Positions 1 to 12,790 of a DNA stretch of 64,000 nt are shown here, piece after piece. Positions within the stretch are counted from its first letter, which is position 1; every line of letters begins with the position of its first letter. Position numbers and translations under genes: made by a program. The notes under the pieces were generated by a model that was not told the origin of the DNA, made no database searches, and worked only from the letters and a program-made list of their open reading frames with translations. The stretch is from Octopus vulgaris (Eukaryota), in the NCBI GenBank assembly GCA_951406725.2, contig OX597815.1, positions 56,048,001 through 56,112,000 on the forward strand, read 5' to 3'.

Positions 1-356
1 AGTCTGATACACTTCCCTGCTACCACCGTTCTTCCAGTCCTTCCAAGCCTGTTTCTTTTGTCTAATAGCCCTGTCAACAACATTGTTCCACCACCACGTT
101 ATTTTGGATCTTGAGGGGACTTTGCACCAACCATAGATCTGGTCAGTGGTTCTCAGCAGGTTGTCCCTTAGAAACCTCCAGTTGTCTTCTACCCCATGTG
201 AAGCTATATCCCCTTCTATTTTGCCAAAGGCTTCAAGTAATATGTCTCTAAATCTCTGTCCATTCGCAGGATCTTTAAGCTTCCAGACCCTTCTTCTCCA
301 TGTTGGTCGTCTTCTGGTCATCCTCTTAGTCCTGATCCTAAAGTCACTAACTACCA

Positions 357-360
<4 letters not shown>
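1..360 (-). mobile_element. RTE-clade LINE fragment (end of endonuclease domain to linker)
   Basis: Minus frame reads RLVVSDFRIRTKRMTRRRPTWRRRVWKLKDP...NWRFLRDNLL...ITWWWNNVVDRAIRQKKQAWKDWK without a stop. This is the typical RTE post-APE linker (TWWWN), also seen near 33650 and 46250. Confidence 0.85.

Positions 361-421
<61 letters not shown>
361..421. repeat. (GT)n microsatellite
   Basis: Perfect GT run. Confidence 0.98.
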
Positions 422-422
<1 letters not shown>

Positions 423-661
423 ATTCATATAAAAATGATAAAGCTCCTCTCCAGCCGCTTTGATCATGAATGACCTTGAGATTGCACCTAGAAAGTTACC
501 CCTCAAGGTACAAGTTCAGGCAAGGCTGTTTATGGAAGACCAGCAGTAACCCATGCACATGCAACCTTGTCCAGGAATCGAACTCACTATCTCATAAGAT
601 TGTGAGCCTCATGCTTTAATCATTGATCCATGCATACACACACACACATATATATATACAT

Positions 662-735
<74 letters not shown>

Positions 736-920
736 TGAACGAATTATCCTATGTTTATCGTCAGCATGGAAAATTCGTTTAACCGAAACATGGGTAGCAA
801 ATTCACGTCAGAAACATGGTTGAAGCAACCTGTCCAAGGGTTCATGTGCAGAAATTTGTGTGTTGTATATGAATAAATGAAAGAATGGAGTCGAACGAAG
901 ATGTTAACAAAATTCCTTTA

Positions 921-1002
921 CTCTCGACATCTGTTTCGAAGACAACATGTTTTCATTCCAAAGGAATAAAGGGTGCATTATGCAATCTTTTCATCGGGAA
1001 AG
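921..1002 (-). ncRNA. Degenerate type-I hammerhead ribozyme motif in a PLE-type repeat
   Basis: Minus: ctttc CCGATGA aaaga...tcttc GAAAC agat GTC gagag. Stems I and III can pair; U4->C and a 10.1-11.1 mismatch suggest decay. Confidence 0.5.
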
Positions 1003-1179
1003 AAAGGGAGCCTCTCTCGACAACAAGACAAACAAAAATTTCGATGACTGCCTACATGGTAAACAAAACGATAATGAGTGTTTTTTAAAAAAAAACGTTA
1101 GAATTGACGTCATATATATATATATGTATGTATATATACATATATACACACACATATATATACATATATACACATATAT

Positions 1180-1230
<51 letters not shown>

Positions 1231-1779
1231 TACACATATATAGATATATATGTATGTATATGTATGTGCCTGTGTGTAACTATTTATGTATGCATGAATG
1301 TGTGTTTGTGCCCCACCTCCACTTGACAACTTAGTGGTATGACATAAAATACCAATAGTACTAGGTTTAATCCAGTTAACTAAAACCCTTCAAGGCAGTG
1401 CCCCAGCATGGCCACAGTTCAATGACTGAAAAGAGTTAAAGATTATATACATGTGTGTGTGTGTGTGTGTGTGCACATGTATATGTGTGCACATGCGTGT
1501 ATGTGTAAAACTCTATACATATATGTATATGTGTATTTGCTGAGTAGTGGGTGGGCAGAAGTAGCGACATTGATACTATTAATATTCCTATTGAACATAT
1601 GAAAGTCAATCCTTTTAGGAAAGGTAAAATTTGGTGGGATTGACATTCTAAGTGGGAGGGACTGAGGGAATGATTAGTACAAGGCCTAGAAGGTTAAAGA
1701 GAAGAATGATTGAAGGAGGAGAAACAAATGGGACAGGAATGCCTAGTGGAGGTAACATGAACCTAGCCAAGGAGTAGAG

Positions 1780-2600
1780 GCCATTATTAATATTGGAGAA
1801 AAGGTAGAAAGGAAAGACAGTTCATCTCTGGGCCAGGGGGCAGATCATGTTTGTAAATGACTTTATGCTAATCATTTGGATGAGCCTTTCCTAGATGTTG
1901 TCTAGCATGTCAGTATATGCAGCAACTGTACTGTAATCATCCATTATAATCCTCACCAGAGATTTGTAGAATCAATAATTGTTATGGGTTTGAAGAATCT
2001 TCTAACCTAGTAGAGCTTGGTCATAGAGATGCAATCCTAACTTATGTTAAGGATATGCTTTCATCAGGAATAGACCTTTGGTGATAATGAAACCTAACAA
2101 TCTGAACAATTTTGAGGATTGTAGCTGAGGTCTAGTCATGATTACTGGGATTTGTGTTATGATATTTTCTTGTTATGAGTAACATTTTTGTTTACTCACT
2201 GTCAAAAGAGACAAGGTTGGCATAATCTCTCTGAAGGATGCTTTTGAGATTTCTGTTCAGGGAGTTGGTGTATGATGCCTAGGTTGCAAGTGGTTGGAAA
2301 ATGTTAGGCAGAAATTAAGAGTAGTGTCACCTGCGTAAGAGCTAGGTGTTGTTGGATGGGGTGGCAAACCAAACTCTGAGCTATGCCAGAGATGATAGAA
2401 TGAGAGGCAGCAAAGACTCCATCAACAAATGCAGTAATAGTGAAATCAAGTTGGAAGTTGCTTATCCAAGAGTAGAAATCGATAGAGTTGTTCATAGTCA
2501 GAAAGTTTCAGTAGGAGATTCACACACCAGACATTAGTGAAAGCATTCCTGACGATGAGGGTGAAATTACATTCACTAAATTCTCCCAGGCTTACTGTTG
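1780..2600 (-). mobile_element. Heavily decayed CR1/L2-group LINE reverse transcriptase
   Basis: Minus remnants WISNF..., FVDGVFAASHSIISGIAQ (SGVPQG-like), AGDTTL (YADD-like) and LNRNLKSILQ, with many stops and frameshifts. Confidence 0.6.
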
Positions 2601-3619
2601 GGTGACAAAGAAGAGTAGGTTGCAGTAGATCTGGTGTTGCAGAAGTAGTACTGATGGTTATTAATGACTGTATCCATTATATTAAAATGAATTCAATAGA
2701 GTCATAGATGTGCTTTCCATAGAGATGGAACACACTGTAACACAGTTCCAAAGATCAGAGTAGAACCCTGTACAGAAGAGATTGGTGATGCATAGAGGTT
2801 ACCTCAGGTGCAGCATTCCACATACATATAGAAATAAAAATTAGATATATATCATTTCTGTTAGCTTTTATTTGTTTCATCCATTGGACTGCAGCCATAC
2901 TGGAGTACCACAGTACTTTCTTTTTAAGTCTGTTACTCATTCTGTGAGCCCTTGAATCCAAAGCTATTGCAGTATCTGGTCCTGTGTTTTGATGGCAGGG
3001 GAGGGATTTTTTTGATACTATGCAATGACACCCAGTTCTGGCATTTGTATAACTTTGAACACCAAAGTTTAGGACAAGCCCTTTGAGATGTATATTGCTA
3101 CATATCTTTCCCGCCTTCACTCCAGAGAGTAAAGTTTTAACTTCTTGAATCTTTCCCAATAGCTAATTTGCTGCATTGAGGCTATTTTTATGTCACTTCA
3201 CTGGAGTGCTTTAAGTTCCACTATTAATTTCACACTATGTCATGACCATATTTGAGAGTAATAGTCAAAACAGCTTAGGACAAAAGTCCTCCAGAGAGCA
3301 TCATGGTTTTCTGCTCTCTTATTCTGGAAGTTCTAAGAATCCATCTAGTCAGCTGCCTGCATTTCATTGCCAACTTAGTAATATGCACATGGAAAGATGC
3401 ATAATTACATCAATGTCTAGTCACACAATGACTGTGATTCTGGAATTGCAATCCCTCCAGGTCTAGTGTTTTTGTCTGCATTACATTTAACTTAGGCTGC
3501 TAATAGTGTTGGGCTTGGAATTTTCCAGCATTAAACTGCATATTATTGTCATCATCGCCCTCAATACTATTAACTCTTCATTTGAGAATGGTGGAAATGG
3601 TTAATAATGATAATGATAA

Positions 3620-3833
3620 GGGTTTCAAATTTTGGTTCATGGCCAGAAAGTTCAAGGGTAGGGGTAAGTCAATTACATCAACCCCAGCGCTCCACTGGTA
3701 CTTATTTTATCAACTCTGAAGGGATGGAAGGCTAAGTTGACCTGAGCGGAATTTGAACTCAGAATGTAAAGACAGACCAATTGCTGTTAAGCATTTTGCC
3801 CGGCATGGTAATGGCTCTGACAACCCACCACCT
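3620..3833 (-). mobile_element. tRNA-derived SINE with Meta/MESC-like core
   Basis: Minus: B-box-like GAGTTCAAATTCC followed by GTCAACTTAGCCTTCCATCCCTTCAGAGTTGATAAAATAAGTACCAG. Related copies at ~7960-8095 (+), ~54595-54810 (+) and ~55985-56100 (-). Core-family naming is from recall. Confidence 0.75.
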
Positions 3834-3965
3834 TAATAATGATGATGATGATGATAATAATGATGATGCTGATTGTGGTGGTGGTGGTGGTGATGATGAT
3901 GATGATGATACTGGTGGTGCTAGTGATGATGATGATGATACTGGTGGTGCTAGTGATGATGATCC
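3834..3965. repeat. (GAT)n/(GGT)n compound microsatellite with an internal 27-bp duplication
   Basis: gatgatgatactggtggtgctagtgat occurs twice. Confidence 0.9.
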
Positions 3966-4419
3966 TTCCTGTTACACCCCAGGGCCCTAACAATTACAGG
4001 TATAAAACTGAACTCTTAATCCAGATAAAGTAGTAGTAAATTTCTCAGTAGTTCAACATAAGTATTTTCTTTTTTGCTGATCTTTAGCTTTATGTTGACA
4101 CCCACTGGGTAATTGATTTTCTCTGATGTACATAACTTCTCTTCTCTGTCTCAAATCACTATGCTTACATATTATTGAGGTTTTCACTGGGACATTCCAC
4201 CAGTACTCTTCCATATTATGAGTGGCTATGGACTCTACTATACTATGGCTTCTTATTTCTTTGGGTTAAGGATTACTCTTCCAACAGATCTCATTATACA
4301 GTGTCCTGGCTACAACATCAGGTCTCATCATTAGATAACATGATGACATTTTTGGACAACTGCTTATGATGTGGGTGATATATTCAGTGTTAACTCCACA
4401 AAATCTGCATCAGTTATCA

Positions 4420-4980
4420 CATTTTGATGTTTTACCTGTGTTTCTGTGCCTTTTGTACTTCAGGTATTTGGTGTTGTTTCCTATTCCTGGATTGAAAATG
4501 CATACCCTTCAAAATGAGAGTTAGTCTGGCTGTCAATCCATGATAGACTGCTTTGATTATCCTGGAGCTTTCTGCTGACATATCCATACATGTTCTTCTG
4601 TTAATATACATACATCCTTTTATTTAATGATATGTTGCAGCAGAGTCATGCAACATCTTTGGACATGTATTCAAGGTTTTCAGACAAGGAATATTGCTCA
4701 AGGAGCAGTTTTCCAAGTTTCATGATGTTATCTACCTCATGTAAGCAAACTGGTCAAAGGAGGCCTTTTGACACTTGGTGGTGAAAAGATAAATTATGAC
4801 ATTCAAAAGCAGTCTGGACTGATGTTAAATTTTTCCTCCTTGTTTTTGCTTCAAGTAGAGGCTGTCTACATCACTTTTGATATGAAAATTGTTTATGCTG
4901 GTCAGTATCTTCCAGGTTTTCACATCAACTCAGATCTCATCAAGCATCCAATGAAAAGCCCAAATGTTGTTATGCAGCAC
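4420..4980 (-). mobile_element. Very old RTE-like LINE RT remnant
   Basis: Weak minus-strand traces of the KAPG and GFR/QEK regions; no continuous frame. Confidence 0.35.
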
Positions 4981-5410
4981 CAGCACCAGTGAGGTCACCA
5001 AGTAACTTGCAAGACAAATACCCCTTAACTAAGTATTATTGAGGGAAGTTGCTTGGTGCCAGGTGATGAGAGATTAAAGTATGATAGAGGGACAGGTGTC
5101 TTGCTGTAGAAGAGATACATGGCTACCCTCAACAGAAAGAAGAGAGAGAAAATGGTGAAAATGTGTCAGGGCTACCCTCAAAGTATAGCAAGGTAAATAC
5201 AAGTGAAGTGGCACAGAGTACTAGAGAGAATGAGTAGGCAGGAAATTTACAAGAGTGCAATAAAAGAGTGGGATATAGATATATATGTTCTAGTTTAGGA
5301 ATACTATTTCAAATTGTATGATTTATGATGTTGTTATCACAAGTATTACATTTTAAACTATTTTTAATTAATTTTAATGTTCTTATAGCGAGATGTATAG
5401 CGAAAGGTGT

Positions 5411-6018
5411 TGTTGATGTAGCAGGTGAATATAGGCATGTTGATGACATCATAGTAAAACAATGAGGAAAGCATCGAATTGTAATTTAAATAATATATTT
5501 AATCTACACTTGCATTTTCATATTTGATACACAATACAAAGGAAGGCTGCTACATGAAGTTACCAACTGCTTCAAGTTGGTGAAGTAAAAATGAACAAGA
5601 GAAATATTATGTCAATGTGATGAGGTAGAACCAACATGTTTTGTGTCTGCGTATGCGTTGGTCATTCGGTCAGGTTGTGTTTTCTTTCTGTCCTATCTAT
5701 TTGTGTTGTGTCATTCATGCTGAACATGTGGCTCTCTGTTGGCTGCTTGACTGTTGCAAGCTGTCTGCTGTCTCTCAACTGCTTGCCTGTTGCTGGCTGT
5801 CTGCTCTTCTGTCGTGTGTCTGACTGTATTCATAATGGTCATCCTAGCTAGAACAGACATACCATAGGCTGGAGGTTGGATGGAAATCCATCCATCACTT
5901 TTTGACAGGACAAAGAAACTTCTTTCGTGCCTGTTCAGCCAGTGGTGGATCAAGTGAACAAGAATCCTTAGATTCAGTTTCGAATCTCAGCTCAGAAAAT
6001 GAAATGTTAGTTTTCATA
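5411..6018 (-). mobile_element. Solo LTR of the Gypsy family at 49197-53021
   Basis: The reverse complement aligns end to end with 52376-53021. Shared blocks include gagctgagattcgaa.ctgaatctaaggattct, tttctttgtcctgtcaaaaagtgatggatggatttc, atgaccattat.aatac and ctgctac.tcaaca. No clear TSD. Confidence 0.8.
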
Positions 6019-6131
6019 TTCTTATATCAAGTCTGATCTCTTATTTGGTTGATTTCAACTTCTGTTTTACTTCATTTTACTCAACATAAAACTACTTGAA
6101 TTATTAAGCATTTTATAAATTAAATTATCAA

Positions 6132-6480
6132 GGTATGGCTGTGTGGCTGAGAAGTTCCCTTCACAGTCTTGTAGTTTCAATTTCCCAAAATGTGAACCTT
6201 GAGCAAGTCTTCTTCCATAACCTTGTAAGCGAATTTATTAAATAGAAATTGTGTGGTAGCTTCTCACATAGGTGCATCTGTGCTTGTTTGCTCACCTCTT
6301 GACAATTAGTGTTGGTTTGCTTACATCTCGGTAACTTAACGATTTGGCAAAAAGAAACCGATAAAATAAGTACCAGACTTAAAATAAGTACTGAGGTCGA
6401 TTTGTTTGACTGATCCCTTCAGGGTGATCCCTAGCATGGCAGCTGTCCACTAACTGAAACAAGTAAAAGAATGAAAGAAT
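6132..6480 (+). mobile_element. tRNA-derived SINE, second family (tail ...ataagtaccagg...ccccagcatggcc.cagtc.aatgactgaaac)
   Basis: The same body/tail recurs at ~1290-1443, 9350-9645, 16880-17870, 19000-19190, 21660-22035, 28005-29310 and 42570-42780. Confidence 0.75.
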
Positions 6481-8477
6481 ATATGTACGCATACACAAGA
6501 ACATATATACACAAGAATACACACACACAAATTCTTCTAGTAATATTTAGCAGCATGTAATTCCACTATAAAGGCTTGGCTCTTTTACGAGAATTTTTGG
6601 CATGGCGTAAAATATCAACGTAATTGATAATCTGATAAATAAATAAACGTATTTAAATGCTAACTGTTATCAGGACAGACATTTTTAAAGACCTATTATT
6701 ATATGTCGTGTAATACCCTTTTACCCACACAGACCACTTATATCTTGTTGCCGTCTTCTGCTTTACAGGCATTTCTACTATCACCGCTCACAATTCTCTC
6801 ACCCACCCCATCCAACAATATCTTGTTACATAATGACGTAGGTAACGAAACCAGTTGTAGTCGTCTAACCAGAAAGTTTGTTATTATTGTAAGAGGGGTG
6901 TTTTCTCTTTAATTGGGACCTCCTCTGAATATTCTAGATCATGATTCATTATCGTCAGTTGATACTATTATTCATTTAAATATATTTTTTAGTGTGTGTG
7001 TGTGCGCGCGCACGTATATTTGTCACACCCAGTTCTATGTTGGAATATCCTTTTGGTGTTCAAATAAAATATTAAAAAACTATTGTTGCTTATATTGACG
7101 TTTGTTCGTTGCCTATTTTTACAACTGGCATTTCACAAGTTGATTTGTAGATCCAGTTTCCTATGTAATATTCCACCCTAAATTACAATTCCAACGATGT
7201 AATGTTATGTAATACATATGAGTGTCAGTCCTTGTATGTATGTGAAACACACTTGATCCTTGGGTGTTATAATAAGGTTAATACTTTTTAATAGTGCCTA
7301 TTTCTGTGTCGTTTTTCAATGATTTAAGAACACACCAGTCATTGAAAACATTTTAATTTGTTTACTCCTGGACTTAGAAGAGAGTAAGACAATTATTAAA
7401 TACATAACAAATGGTGCCTTCATTAGTTCAAAACACACCCACATGAGAAAAATATACGGTTAATGTTTAACATTAACCAAATATACTATTAATAAATATA
7501 ATTAATTAAATAAAATATGATCGTCCACTTTTTTCAGTTTGCATGTTTTAAACGGAGCTTGTCCAGATTTCACTACGGCGAGATATTTTTTTCCTATCAC
7601 CACCCTCACCTATTTTCAAGTAAAGTCACATTTCAAGAAAAACAAAGAGGATTTGAATTTGATAGTGACAAAACACACACAAATCCAAATTTAAAATTAA
7701 CAATAAAAGACTCACAGGGCCAAATCTAAAAAGGTAAAAAGATAGTTTCAGTCACACACAAAAGACAACTTTCCTTCTCCCAAACTACCATCACCACTAA
7801 AAAGTTACTCCCTATATTACACTGAAGTGGTTAAAACTGAATCTAAAAACAATACAAAAAAAGAACCAAACAAAATTATACAAAAAGAAAACCCTTTCAG
7901 ATATGTTTAAAACTCATTAGTAATAGATTAGCAACATGCAGTAGAACTGCATTAGTGATGCAGTGGAGGAGTCGTTAAGGCATCGAATAGAATGTTTTGC
8001 AGTATATGTTCTCACTCACTGCGCCATGAGTTCAAATTCCAATGAAGTCAAACTTTGTCTTTCCGCCTTTCAGGATCGATAAATAAAGTACCAGTCAAAG
8101 CGTTTTCTTCTCCATACTTAATAAATTTACATCCAGTCTCTTGTAGTAGCATTTTTGTTTGAAATTAGGACAGATATTATCAGCAAGTGAAAAAATATTG
8201 GAAACATAGTTCTTTGCTTCGGTCAAAAAACTGGTTGCAATGCAATGATGATGGGATACGATACGATGTGTCAGGGACCAGGTTGCAAAAGTACGATGAA
8301 ACTTTGACACTACGATTACTGTTAAGAAATAAAATGGAAGCTGAATATAACAGTCTTTATGTGTTTCATATAGATGGTTAAAATGACTCTTCTCTTCCAC
8401 GATACCATAATTAGTTTCAGCTACAATTCATAAATCTCAAATCAAGTCCTTTATCAAGATAAGTACAACTCTGGATT

Positions 8478-8561
8478 TTCTCTCTCTATCCTGCACTCTC
8501 CCTCAATCTCTCTCTCCCACTCTCCCTCTCTCTCTCTTTCTCTCTCTCTCTTTCTCTCTCC

Positions 8562-8592
<31 letters not shown>

Positions 8593-8645
8593 CCACTCTC
8601 CTCTCTCTCTCTCTTTTTCTCTCTCTCTCTCTCTCTCTTTTTCTC
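8478..8645. repeat. (CT)n-rich polypyrimidine tract
   Basis: Direct inspection. Confidence 0.95.
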
Positions 8646-9008
8646 GGTATTTGAGGGTTCAGCTGAAATATTGGGTTTGGAAGATAGAGAGGCTAGGAAA
8701 GGTCTGTGAATATCTGACAGAACCCGAAACTAGTCATGTTCCTGCGAATCCATCTATTTATCAATCGATCGATCTGCCTCCTAGCTTAATAGATTTGTTT
8801 ATATTAATACATGCCTTGGGAAGTCAGTTTTAACAGCGATACTTCGAAGTAAACAGACACTGTTAATCGATGATTTGCATGTTTATTTTTAATACCTTCC
8901 AGCAGATTCGGGTGCAAATATGCTAGTTGCTAGTGTGTACATCACAGAACAACTCCCTTTTACAACGACAATGTGTTCATAAAATACTCAGCTCATTGGT
9001 GCAAGAGA

Positions 9009-9051
9009 TTCCAGGACATCAGTGTTTCGACGTGTGTTTCGTCAGCCAGAA
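9009..9051 (-). ncRNA. Type-I hammerhead ribozyme motif
   Basis: Minus: ttctgg CTGACGA aacacacgtc GAAA-CA ctga TG-TC ctggaa. Complete CUGANGA/GAAA/GUC core, 6-bp stem I (2 G-U) and 3-bp stem III; A10.1-C11.1 mismatch. Confidence 0.7.
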
Positions 9052-9667
9052 GTCCCAGACCTTTTGGACCTAAACAAGCTACTGGCTTTGATTATAATTT
9101 CAGTAAATAAACTATTTGCTGATCAATATTTATGTCTGCCAACCAATATTTACATAGTGTACAGCGAGATCTGAAACAATGATAAACATATTTAGCCTTA
9201 ATACTTTCTGGCAGATTAAAACGTAAATATGATAGTAACTGTTGTGTATATCACAAGAGAACAACTTTTTCCTTTTACAACACATTGGTTATTTTCTCAA
9301 TAAAGAATATATAAGATTTAATCATAATTTTAAATTAAGTTTCATTTTCTTTCTTGGGCTAACCAAAGTCTTATGAGTGTATTTGGTAGATGGAAACTAA
9401 AAGAAGCCTGGTGTGTGTGTGTGTCCTCTACCAGCGCTTGACAACCAGTACTTATGTATTTACGTCCCCATAACTTAGCGTTTCAACCTAAGAGACTGAT
9501 AGAATAAGTACCAGGTTTAAAGAAAATAAAAACTTGGGTTGATTAGTTCAACTAAAATTCCTGAAGACCATTCTTCAGTATGGCTGCAGTCTAATAATTG
9601 AAACAAGCATGGCCACAACCTCAAGGCTGAAACATATAAAAGAAAAGACTATATATAAGTATGTATG

Positions 9668-9711
<44 letters not shown>

Positions 9712-9879
9712 CATACACACACGTATATATATATACATGCATACATACGTACGTATGGATGGGTGTATGTATGTATGTATGTATGCATATATGTATGTAT
9801 TTTATATACAGCGAGAGAGAAAGAGAGAGAGAGAGAGAGCACAGAGCATGTGTAGAAAAATCGAAACTGAAGAATTGGT

Positions 9880-10663
9880 GGATCTTTTCCTTTTGAACGG
9901 CAGTCTTCAACACAATTTCTAGTTAACTAAACACTTTAAAACTTCGTATACTGGTAGAATGTGTCATAATAAAACATTTTTTTCTCTTGACTTTCTTGAG
10001 AAAATTGTAATTTGTAAGTTTAACGTAGTTTAATTTTTCGAATTGTAACCAATCCTATCGCCTCTATTGAGCTAAAATCATTTGCTGCGTCTAAAACTGA
10101 GACAACATCCTGTCACTAACTCTAACCCTAACCCTCACCCTAACCCTAAATTTTAGCCTTTCGTTTTTTTTTTTCTTAATTGTTAAATTAATTTAAGGAT
10201 AACAATTAAGAAAAAAAACGAAAGGCTAAAACGAAAGTAATGGAAAATAATTTTAATTTAACAATTAAGAAAAAAAAACGAAAGGCTAAAATGAAAGCAA
10301 AAACTCAAAACAAAAACAAAACGAAAAATTTTCGACACACGCGTAACAATTAAATTAATTTAACAATTAAGGAAAAAAACGAAAGGCTAAAAGTTAGGGT
10401 TAGGGTTAGGGTTAGAGTTAGGGTTAGTGACAGGATGTTGTCTCAGTTTTAGACGCAGCAAATGATTTTAGCTCAATAGAGGCGATAGGATTGGTTAAAA
10501 TTCGAAAAATTAAACTACGTTAAACTTACAAATTACAATTTTCTCAAAAAAGCCAAGAGAAAAAAATGTTTTATTTTGACACATTCTACCCGTATACGAA
10601 GTTTAAAAGTGTTTAGTTAACTAGAAATTGTGTTGAAAACTGCCGTTCAAAAGGAAAAGATCC
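9880..10663. mobile_element. Non-autonomous foldback DNA transposon (~310-bp inverted arms with TTAGGG repeats), 8-bp TSD
   Basis: Termini GGATCTTTTCCTTTTGAACGGCAG...CTGCCGTTCAAAAGGAAAAGATCC; TSD GAATTGGT at 9872-9879 and 10664-10671. Confidence 0.92.
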
Positions 10664-10809
10664 GAATTGGTTTATAAATTATTTAATTAATTATCTTACA
10701 CGTGTTTCAGTGAAGATTATGGTCAGATTATGTAATCTGGGTCAAATAAATTTCTGTCTTGATTTCACCTGCAGTTCGAACGTAATCTGTAAGATGACGT
10801 AATTAAATA

Positions 10810-10854
<45 letters not shown>

Positions 10855-11223
10855 TATTATATTACATAACATTTCAACAGTTGAAAAGTGAATTCAATAT
10901 CCGTTGAAGCGTTAGATATTTTCTTTATATCATACAACCATGGTTAGGGTGGTTACTATAGTTTCATATTAACCGAAATCATTATTGAGCTAAATACATT
11001 CACAAAATTGATCATTGTCACGTTAGACCAAGTGAAACAAATCACACTAAATAAAAATAATTATCTGAGTCTATTTGATTCAATAATGATTTTGATTTGG
11101 CAAACGATAATAATAACTACACCAAACACGATTGCAATGTGTGTCACGTGTGTATTTATATGCACGTGTGTGTATGTTCTACTTTACAACAAAGTAACCC
11201 ATAGCTCTTTTTCTCTCTGTCTG

Positions 11224-11304
<81 letters not shown>

Positions 11305-11308
<4 letters not shown>

Positions 11309-11345
11309 TTACTTGGAAATGGATGCGTGGCGTTCAATTAAATAG

Positions 11346-11413
<68 letters not shown>

Positions 11414-12042
11414 TATTTGGGTACAGGACGTCACCAACTGTGTAAACAACATGAAATGCGAAAACAAACGAGTTAAATACGCAAACAACGAGTGATAAAA
11501 TCGAAAACAGGACAAATAAACAAAGAACGACCTTTCGTCAGTTCTCAAGCATTCAACGACACTGAGTCTTCAAAGACAGTTTCTCCCATAAATTCTGAAA
11601 TTAAATTTAGGATTTATGGAGGGTCAAAGTTGGGAACAAAAGCAGGACAGTGGAAACATGCAAGGAAACCGAACGAAAACAATCATGGAGGGCCGTTATA
11701 CCAAAACGAGAGGAAAATAGTGAACGCTGGGAGAAATATTATCTTTGAAAAGAGAAAAGATAGAAGAGTGAGAAAGAAAACGTCCAGTCCTTAGAACGTC
11801 TGTGAAGGAAAAGAAAGATGGTCACTTGAAGAAAAGAAAGATAGACGATGGTCACGTGCGAGTAGCGAGAGAGAGAAAAAGAGAAAGAAGGAGACAGAGA
11901 GAGACAGATAGAAAACGGTGAAAGAGGGACGGGGAGAAAAAAGGAATTAGAGAAGGACGGAGAAAGAAAACAGTATAGAGTAGAATTTAACTCGTTTGTT
12001 TTCGTATTTCATGTTGTTTAGACAGTTGGTGACGTACTGTAC

Positions 12043-12098
<56 letters not shown>

Positions 12099-12790
12099 TA
12101 TATCATATTTATTTAAGTGAACGCCACGCATCCATTTCCAAGTAAGTTTATCTTAACCTTTTTGATGCGACTCTACTCTATACTGTCTCCTTTCTTCGCC
12201 CTTCTCTAATTCCCGTTTTTCCTCTCCCTCTTTCACTGTTTTCTATCTATCTTTCTCTATCTCTCCCTCTTTCTCTTTTTCTCTCTTTCGTTGCTTACCC
12301 GTGACCATCGTCCATCTTTTTTTCCTCACGTGACCATCTTTCTTTTCCTTCACAGACGTTCAAGGAACTGGACGGTTTCTTTCCCTCTTCTATCTTTTCT
12401 CTTTTCAAAGAAAATATTTCTCCCTGCGTTCACTATTTTCCTGTCGTTCTGGTCTAATGACCCTCCATTTTTGTTTTCGCTCGGTTTCTTTGTATGTCTC
12501 CACTGTCCTACTTTTGTTCCCAACATTGACTCTCTATGAATCCTACATTTTTATTTTAGAATTTATGGAAACAACTGTCTTTGAAGACTCATGTTGTCGT
12601 TGAATGCTCGATATGAGGAGTAGATAAACAGCCGACAACTGATGAAGGGTCGTTCTCTGTGTTTACATGTCCTGTTTTACATTTTTCTCTCGTTGTTTGC
12701 GTATTTAGCTCGTTTGTTTGTTTGTTTTCGTATTTCATATTGTTTACACAGTTGGTGACGTCCTGTACCCATATATGCATATATATATAT
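11305..12790. mobile_element. Non-coding PLE-like repeat: inverted copy followed by a partial tandem (A-B-A)
   Basis: 11305-11985 is the reverse complement of parts of 11985-12790. The block ttcgtatttcat.ttgttta.acagttggtgacgt.ctgtaccc is directly repeated at ~12000 and ~12728. Confidence 0.7.

Noticed and set aside
623-1646. ORFs rich in YI/HT/CV dipeptides (also 9575-9922, 11008-11548, 16382-16812, 19760-20034, 26713-26961, 42213-42694, 63590-63998)
   Set aside because: Translations of (TA)n, (CA)n and (GT)n microsatellites, which lack stop codons
2755-3500. 134-aa minus ORF or possible integrase remnant
   Set aside because: No convincing motif in any frame
3620-3833. tRNA gene (B-box GTTCAAATTCC)
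   Set aside because: No cloverleaf; it continues into a SINE core that is repeated elsewhere in the window
3781-4033. Poly-D/G, poly-M/V and poly-I ORFs
   Set aside because: Trinucleotide microsatellite next to a SINE
4641-4740. Plus-strand exon (ttgcag...gtaagc)
   Set aside because: Overlaps an apparent antisense RTE remnant, and no recognisable peptide results
10115-10427. True telomere or chromosome fusion scar
   Set aside because: The repeats are short, lie symmetrically within transposon arms and are bounded by a TSD
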